Below are positions 35,290 through 40,398 of a stretch of DNA of 40,398 nucleotides, one piece after another. A program made the position numbers and the translations under genes. The notes beneath the pieces are model-generated. The model worked only from the letters and a program-made list of their open reading frames with translations, did no database searches and was not told the DNA's origin. This DNA is from a bacterium (lineage in GTDB: Bacteria > Patescibacteriota > Minisyncoccia > Phycocordibacterales > Phycocordibacteraceae): the NCBI GenBank assembly GCA_027311385.1, contig DAICZA010000003.1, positions 1-40,398 of the forward strand, in the 5' to 3' direction. Numbering within the stretch: position 1 is the stretch's first letter; every line of letters starts with the position of its first letter.

Positions 35290-36024
35290 TTATTTCCCCT
35301 CCTCCCCTTTCCCCAAATAGTGCTTGAGCGTATATATCCAGTCCGTCTCGGTAGCCGGCTCCTTCTCCTTTTCGGCGAGGAGCCACTCCAGATAACTCCG
35401 GTCCGTCTTCGCGACCTCCTCCAGCTTCTTGCCGTTGTACTTGCCGAACCGGATGGTGGTAAAGAGGAGTGGACGCGCCGATATCGCGAGCATCGCCTGG
35501 AGCGCCGCCTCTTCGGTGCCGTGCCGCTCCTTCATCTTGTCCATCAACCGCTCAAAGAGCGCCTCCAGCACGAGCACGTCGCCGAGCGCGTCGTGCGCCT
35601 CGGCCTCTACATCCAGGTCAAGCAGGTAGCGCAGGTACTGGAGCCGGTAGTTCGGCAAGAGGTCGTCCGGGTCAAGCGCGTAGGCGACCTTGTAGGTGCA
35701 GATGCTCCGGCGCGGGGTGACGCCCTCGCGCGCGAGCATAGAGAGGTCAAATGCCGCGTTGTGCGCGACGAGCAGCACCTCGTCGCTCTCCAGGAGGTCT
35801 TTCAGCCCCGGGTATTCGGGCGCATCGGTAAACGCCGGCTTCTCCGCCACCATCTTCTCGGTGATGTGGTGAATCGCCATAGACTCTATAGAAATCGGCA
35901 CCGGCGGCTTGTAGAGCGCGTTCACGAGCGGTTCGTCTACGTAGCGCTCCTTGACCGCCAATTGGCACAGGCGGTCTTTGTCGCTATTGCCCGTCGTCTC
36001 GGTATCTAGAAAAATAATCCGCAT
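35290..36024 (-). CDS. DEDDh 3'-5' exonuclease (ExoX-like) with C-terminal FGKY domain
   Basis: FLDTETTG, VAHNAAFD, AHDALGDV, IRFGKYNGK...YLEWL. Confidence 0.88.
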   Translation of the reverse strand: MRIIFLDTETTGNSDKDRLCQLAVKERYVDEPLVNALYKPPVPISIESMAIHHITEKMVAEKPAFTDAPEYPGLKDLLESDEVLLVAHNAAFDLSMLAREGVTPRRSICTYKVAYALDPDDLLPNYRLQYLRYLLDLDVEAEAHDALGDVLVLEALFERLMDKMKERHGTEEAALQAMLAISARPLLFTTIRFGKYNGKKLEEVAKTDRSYLEWLLAEKEKEPATETDWIYTLKHYLGKGEEGK

Positions 36025-36130
36025 GAGAGTATTGTACCGCATCGCCTCGGAAGGCGCGGCTCTCCAGTACCGGATTGTGGTAGCATATATGTCTCGGAGT
36101 TCCCACTCCATTACCCTAACGGGAGGTGCT

Positions 36131-36376
36131 ATGGCGACAGTAAGAGCGTGTAAGAAACACCGCCCGACCAACCTGTTGTACGCAAAAGTGCGGGTACGAG
36201 TACCGTTCTTTTGGTGGTTCTACTGGGACGTTTTCCTCGGGAGAGAGGGACTCGTCATCAATGTTGCGTGGGACACACGACGAAGCGAGTCCCTCTGTAC
36301 CGTCCTTTTCGGGGCTTCGTGTGACGGAGTACAGCGAGTATATCCCCAAGGGAGGCTTGAATCCCTTGACCCGTGA
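36131..36376 (+). CDS. Small hypothetical protein
   Basis: GGGAGGT RBS before ATG 36131; 81 aa. Confidence 0.45.
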   Translation: MATVRACKKHRPTNLLYAKVRVRVPFFWWFYWDVFLGREGLVINVAWDTRRSESLCTVLFGASCDGVQRVYPQGRLESLDP

Positions 36377-36577
36377 CCTTTCATCAAAAAAAATCTGACG
36401 ATTGAAGGAGCCCGACTGGCTCTTTCTTTTTATCCGCCTCCCTGTGCGCGTCTGCTAAATGCCGCTCGCCGCGCGCTCCGCGCGCGGCGGTTTCTTTCTC
36501 CCCTCAATTCCCTGTCGTCTCCGTGTCCAGAAAGAGGATTCTCATAGGTCTATTCTACCGCACTCCCCGGTGAATCC

Positions 36578-37222
36578 TTACGGGTACTGCGTGCCGTCGC
36601 CCGTGATGGGTATCGTGTCACCCAAATATTTCGGCTTCAGGTGGAAGACCACGTCAAAGAGCGCTTTCTCGTCGGAAAATACTTCGCGGAGATAATTGCC
36701 GGGGAGGATATGACCGGAGTCGGCGTTCACGCCGTACGCCTGTATGCCGAGAGCCCGCGCGATGAAGAGTGCGCGCGGCAGGTGGAATGATTGCGTCGCA
36801 ATCAGCATAGAGGACACGCCGAAAATGGCGCGGGCGCGGTACATACTGCTATAGGTATCAAAGCCGGCATGGTCCAGGAAAATGTCTTTGTCCGGAATGC
36901 CTTTCGCGAGCAAGTAGAGCCGGACGGGATTCACCTCGTTATGGCTCACGGTGCTGTTATCGCCGGAGACGAGTATCTTCGCCACCTTCCCTGCCTGGTA
37001 TAGGGCGATGGCTACGTTCACGCGGTCGGTGAAGATGGGTGCGGGCTTGCCGTCTGCGAGAATCGCCGCGCCGGGAATCAGCGCGACCTCGGCGCTCGGC
37101 GCCGCGTCTATGCTCTGGTAGGTGTACGCGTACGTAGACAGACGGATATACGCATTGGTGACGAGGATGAGCGCGGGGAGCGCCACGCCGCCGAACATAC
37201 CGAGGGATATCAGGCGCTTCAT
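36578..37222 (-). CDS. SanA/YdcF (DUF218) family protein
   Basis: ILVSGDN, NEV, LDHAGFDTYSSMYRA, TQSFHLPRA, LREV. Confidence 0.88.
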   Translation of the reverse strand: MKRLISLGMFGGVALPALILVTNAYIRLSTYAYTYQSIDAAPSAEVALIPGAAILADGKPAPIFTDRVNVAIALYQAGKVAKILVSGDNSTVSHNEVNPVRLYLLAKGIPDKDIFLDHAGFDTYSSMYRARAIFGVSSMLIATQSFHLPRALFIARALGIQAYGVNADSGHILPGNYLREVFSDEKALFDVVFHLKPKYLGDTIPITGDGTQYP

Positions 37223-37296
37223 TCGTGCAGTATACGTCAATTCATAATCCCGCTTCTGTTCTCCCTCCGCCCCTCCCGCGGGTGTACTATAAACCT

Positions 37297-37776
37297 ATGA
37301 ATACAACTCTGAGGAACGTGCTCTGGCTCGCCGTCGGCCTTATCGTCGCCGGTGCGCTCATCGTGTGGCTCACGCCGCGCGGCGCCGTCGCGCCCACCGT
37401 GCCGCCGCTCGCCGCCGACCTGTACCCGCTCTACAGCGCGGACTGGAACGCGCCACACCCGGTCTCCTTGGATATCCCGCCCGCGCCGCTCTCCGGCACC
37501 GGCATTGAAGCCGTCGTCGCCACAAGCACGATGAATCCCGGCGCCGCCTTCAGTCCGTTTGACAAGTACTACGCGGACAAACTCGGCGCGCTCGGCTGGC
37601 GGGTAGACAACAGCCTGGCCGCGGGAGGCCCCGGACGCGGCCAGGTCGTCTACCGCAAGGGCGCCGGCTTCATCGCGGTCAACGTCTGGACCGACTTCCA
37701 CACCGTCTCCTCCACGAGCCCGATGCAGTGCCCCTGCGACGTCACCATCAAACTCTTCTCCACCACGGTGCCGTAG
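37297..37776 (+). CDS. Hypothetical exported or membrane-anchored protein
   Basis: N-terminal TM, C-terminal CPC; host-like codon usage. Confidence 0.7.
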   Translation: MNTTLRNVLWLAVGLIVAGALIVWLTPRGAVAPTVPPLAADLYPLYSADWNAPHPVSLDIPPAPLSGTGIEAVVATSTMNPGAAFSPFDKYYADKLGALGWRVDNSLAAGGPGRGQVVYRKGAGFIAVNVWTDFHTVSSTSPMQCPCDVTIKLFSTTVP

Positions 37777-37822
37777 CGCCGCGCTAGGAAGCGCGGCGCC
37801 TTCTTTCCCCGAGCATACGGAC

Positions 37823-37850
37823 TTGACAAAGCTTATATTCCGTGTATTAT
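37823..37850 (+). promoter_or_regulatory. Sigma70-type promoter
   Basis: TTGACA-16 bp-TATTAT. Confidence 0.6.
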
Positions 37851-37991
37851 GAGTTGCGGATAGGTGATCTGTACGGGCTATCAGGATTACACGTCTAGCA
37901 CCCAACGCATCGTGGTAACGGCCTTTGCCCCTTCTGAAAAGAAGTAAGCGGTCGTCTCCCTGTCTAATTCATTTTAGACAAGGAGAAAGCA

Positions 37992-38378
37992 ATGTTCACT
38001 TCGATATTCAACTGGTTGAAAACACTTGGGAAACCAGAAGCAACCGAGCAGGAGATTCAAGATTACATTGCGAGATTGGAGAGAGCTGTTGAAGAGCTCA
38101 CAATCGAACTTGATTATCGAGAATACCTTGCGAAGCAAGAAGCAGAGAGAGAAGCTTTTGAACGTGAAGACCGGGAAAGAGAACGAGAAAACCTTGAGTA
38201 CTGGCCTGTATGTAAAGAAGAGATTGATGAAGAAGATCTCGCCAGAGAAGAGAAGGAGCGCAGGGATCGTGAAGAGGAGGAAAGGCAGCAGCATTATCTC
38301 AGCCATTGTCCTCATTGCGGTTCGCGAATTCGTCTCGGCAGATGTTCCGCCTGTGACGACGCTTTTGGTAGAAATTGA
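37992..38378 (+). CDS. Hypothetical Glu/Arg-rich coiled-coil protein with C-terminal Zn ribbon
   Basis: AAGGAG RBS; CPHC...CSAC; AT-rich. Confidence 0.7.
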   Translation: MFTSIFNWLKTLGKPEATEQEIQDYIARLERAVEELTIELDYREYLAKQEAEREAFEREDRERERENLEYWPVCKEEIDEEDLAREEKERRDREEEERQQHYLSHCPHCGSRIRLGRCSACDDAFGRN

Positions 38379-38532
38379 GTAAACTGACCCCGCCTTTCGG
38401 AAACGACTGGTGGGGTTTCTTATTTGGAATTCGCCTTTTGTGGATAGACCCATCCTTTCGTCCCCACCCAATCGCCGCGGAGTACCGCGGCGATTCCCTT
38501 GTCCCGCCAGGCCGGCCATCACGGGACCTTCA

Positions 38533-38578
38533 TCCCGTTAGAGGCAGGTCTTTTAAAAGACCGTCGGCTCTAATGGGA
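38533..38578. mobile_element. Degenerate third copy of the CCCGTTAGA palindromic element
   Basis: tcccgttagag...ctctaatggga, preceded by ttca, with internal palindrome ggtcttttaaaagacc. Confidence 0.6.
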
Positions 38579-38664
38579 AAACCTACCGGGATTTAGGATT
38601 TTCCGAGCTATTTAGGTAATCCCCAACCTCATTGAATTTATAGCTTTATTTGATATTCTTAGCC

Positions 38665-39663
38665 TTAAGGCCTCCCAGGGTTACCTGGTGGGGTCCCCGA
38701 AGGGACAGAAGGACTGCGGTATTCGACCAAGGCCTTTGTAAATTCGGAGACTCTGTCACGTGCAATGGTGGATAGTATTGTTCTAGAAATCTCTTCGGGC
38801 CCGCCCTTCTTATGAAGAGAATTCATCAATGAGTTTGCTCGATTGATGCGCGACTCGACACGTCGTTTTTTAGCTTCTGAAGCTATCGGGAATGATCGAC
38901 CATATGTACTATTGAAATGTGCCCAACCAAATAAATCCGCGACCTCTAGCCCAAAACTTAAACCTTTTTTATTTTGAAAAGTTAAGCTATGAATACGTTT
39001 CAAACAAAATTTCGCCCACATCTGATACCTTGGTGTATGAGCAAAAGTTGATTTGTGACTTGCAGATATAAATGCCGCTAGCACTGCATCATCTTCTTGT
39101 CTTCGCGATTCCGCCATCACTTCTCCATATGCATCCTTAGTCTCTAGAAAGTGACCGAATTCGAGAATGAGTTTGCGAGCAAGTGCTTCATATAAGAAAT
39201 CGTTAAGGCCTTCCCTCTTTATAAAATCCATCACCAACCGGTCAGATACATTACGTCTTCGAGCGATACGAGTGATTCGTTCCCTATACCAGCTTTTGTC
39301 GATTCGATAAATAAAACAATACATATCAGCCCCTTCAATCAAACCTGTAAGGCGTTTAAAGAACGTGTCAATCCGCGGGTACGGGATTCTTCTGTGTCTA
39401 CGCGTTCCATCTCGATTCTTGAGTAGTCCGCCATCAACGGTGTACATCTTCTCTCGTTCGCCTTCAAATAAATCGAAAGCATGGATATTTTCAGTGGTCG
39501 GAATACTAGATTTCTCCTTGAGTGAAATCATGTAGCTGGAGAGTGCAGAATGTAAATCTTTATCAATTATAAGACCCGAGAGCAGGAAATCATCATGGTC
39601 ATCAGACAACTTTGACTTACCTGATTCGTCAATAAACAGAATGTAATTCTGTTGCTTTTGCAT
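38665..39663 (-). CDS. DUF3800 family protein
   Basis: N-terminal LFIDESG and C-terminal GLEVADL; AT-rich. Confidence 0.8.
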   Translation of the reverse strand: MQKQQNYILFIDESGKSKLSDDHDDFLLSGLIIDKDLHSALSSYMISLKEKSSIPTTENIHAFDLFEGEREKMYTVDGGLLKNRDGTRRHRRIPYPRIDTFFKRLTGLIEGADMYCFIYRIDKSWYRERITRIARRRNVSDRLVMDFIKREGLNDFLYEALARKLILEFGHFLETKDAYGEVMAESRRQEDDAVLAAFISASHKSTFAHTPRYQMWAKFCLKRIHSLTFQNKKGLSFGLEVADLFGWAHFNSTYGRSFPIASEAKKRRVESRINRANSLMNSLHKKGGPEEISRTILSTIARDRVSEFTKALVEYRSPSVPSGTPPGNPGRP

Positions 39664-39667
39664 GCAT

Positions 39668-40396
39668 TTATTGTATCAAACCGCTCGGCTTGATAACTTC
39701 TTGAACAATTCCCTGCACACTGTCACTCTCGCCGGGAGTAATCGGCATATGCTTTTTATTTGTACTCCTAGGAATTAGCAGACGAATGCCGTCTTTTCGT
39801 GGACCATATTCTTTAATGGTGACGTTTTCACCACCAAGAAGGGCTATGACCCGGTCACCCGTATCAGCTTTTTCTTGCAGACGGCATAGTACGAGATCAT
39901 CATCATTTATGCCCGCGAGATTCATCGAGTCACCCTCAGCCCTGAGAATGAAATATCTGAATCCAGGTTTTATTTTTGACTTCTCCACTAAAATATAGTC
40001 TTCAATATTCTGTTCTCCTACTAATGGATTACCACACGGAGCCGAGCCCACCAGCGGCACACGGATCATGTCTATAGTAATTGGCGACAAAACAGGTGTA
40101 ACGTATTTCTGATAACTTTCTCTTGTCTCAATTCTACTTTTGAAAAACTTCTCTGTTTCTTTGTCTACAAAATACACATAGCATCCCTTCATTCCGCGAG
40201 TAAGAAGGACACGATAGGTATTTTTAAGGAGGTCGACAAGTTTTTCTCCAGAACGCTTCACGACACTGTCTGCGGATTTCTCCCTTAATGCAATCCAGGT
40301 TTGATTCTCGAAGTTGTAAACAAGATCAGGACCGATGATGACCCCCACGTAATCAAACTCGAAGCCTTGAATCGTATAGATGCTCCCTATTTGATT
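39668..40396 (-). CDS. C-terminal part of a DUF2075-like helicase fused to a LexA/S24 autopeptidase domain; 5' end is outside the window
   Basis: GSIYTIQGFEFDYVGVIIGPDL and NTYRVLLTRGMKGCYVY, then VPLVGSAPCG, GDSM and TIKEY. Confidence 0.8.
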   Translation of the reverse strand, partial: NQIGSIYTIQGFEFDYVGVIIGPDLVYNFENQTWIALREKSADSVVKRSGEKLVDLLKNTYRVLLTRGMKGCYVYFVDKETEKFFKSRIETRESYQKYVTPVLSPITIDMIRVPLVGSAPCGNPLVGEQNIEDYILVEKSKIKPGFRYFILRAEGDSMNLAGINDDDLVLCRLQEKADTGDRVIALLGGENVTIKEYGPRKDGIRLLIPRSTNKKHMPITPGESDSVQGIVQEVIKPSGLIQ

Positions 40397-40398
40397 CA

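Overview
Chromosomal segment of a high-GC bacterium whose gene content and style point to a Patescibacteria/CPR (Parcubacteria-like) genome; this is inference, and TGA is used as stop, so code 11. The core (about 3.4-37.8 kb) holds housekeeping genes (ftsB-like, lepA, murJ, class II RNR nrdJ, htpX/lemA, malic enzyme, recG, ftsH, smpB, pyrE, cfa, typA, NRAMP, ABC-F, pseudouridine synthase, DEDDh exonuclease, SanA), RNase P RNA, tmRNA and tRNAs Gly(CCC), Ser(GGA) and Ile(UAU). Both ends are visibly more AT-rich accessory DNA. The left end has cas1 plus a divergent cas2, with no effector and no canonical CRISPR array in view. They sit back-to-back with a large serine recombinase next to tRNA-Gly, and are followed by a ~105-bp-periodic array of ~50-bp direct-plus-inverted repeat units whose core sequence changes from unit to unit. 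The right end has a DUF2075-like helicase fused to a LexA/S24 domain, DUF3800 and a structured intergenic region. Other notable observations: a complete tRNA-Ile(UAU) nested inside the split halves of a second tRNA; several families of small palindromic elements inserted into start codons, reading frames and tRNA/tmRNA 3' ends; a RAYT-like transposase with a mutated HUH motif; and pervasive leaderless-type promoters. All family calls come from motif recognition by eye, not from database searches.
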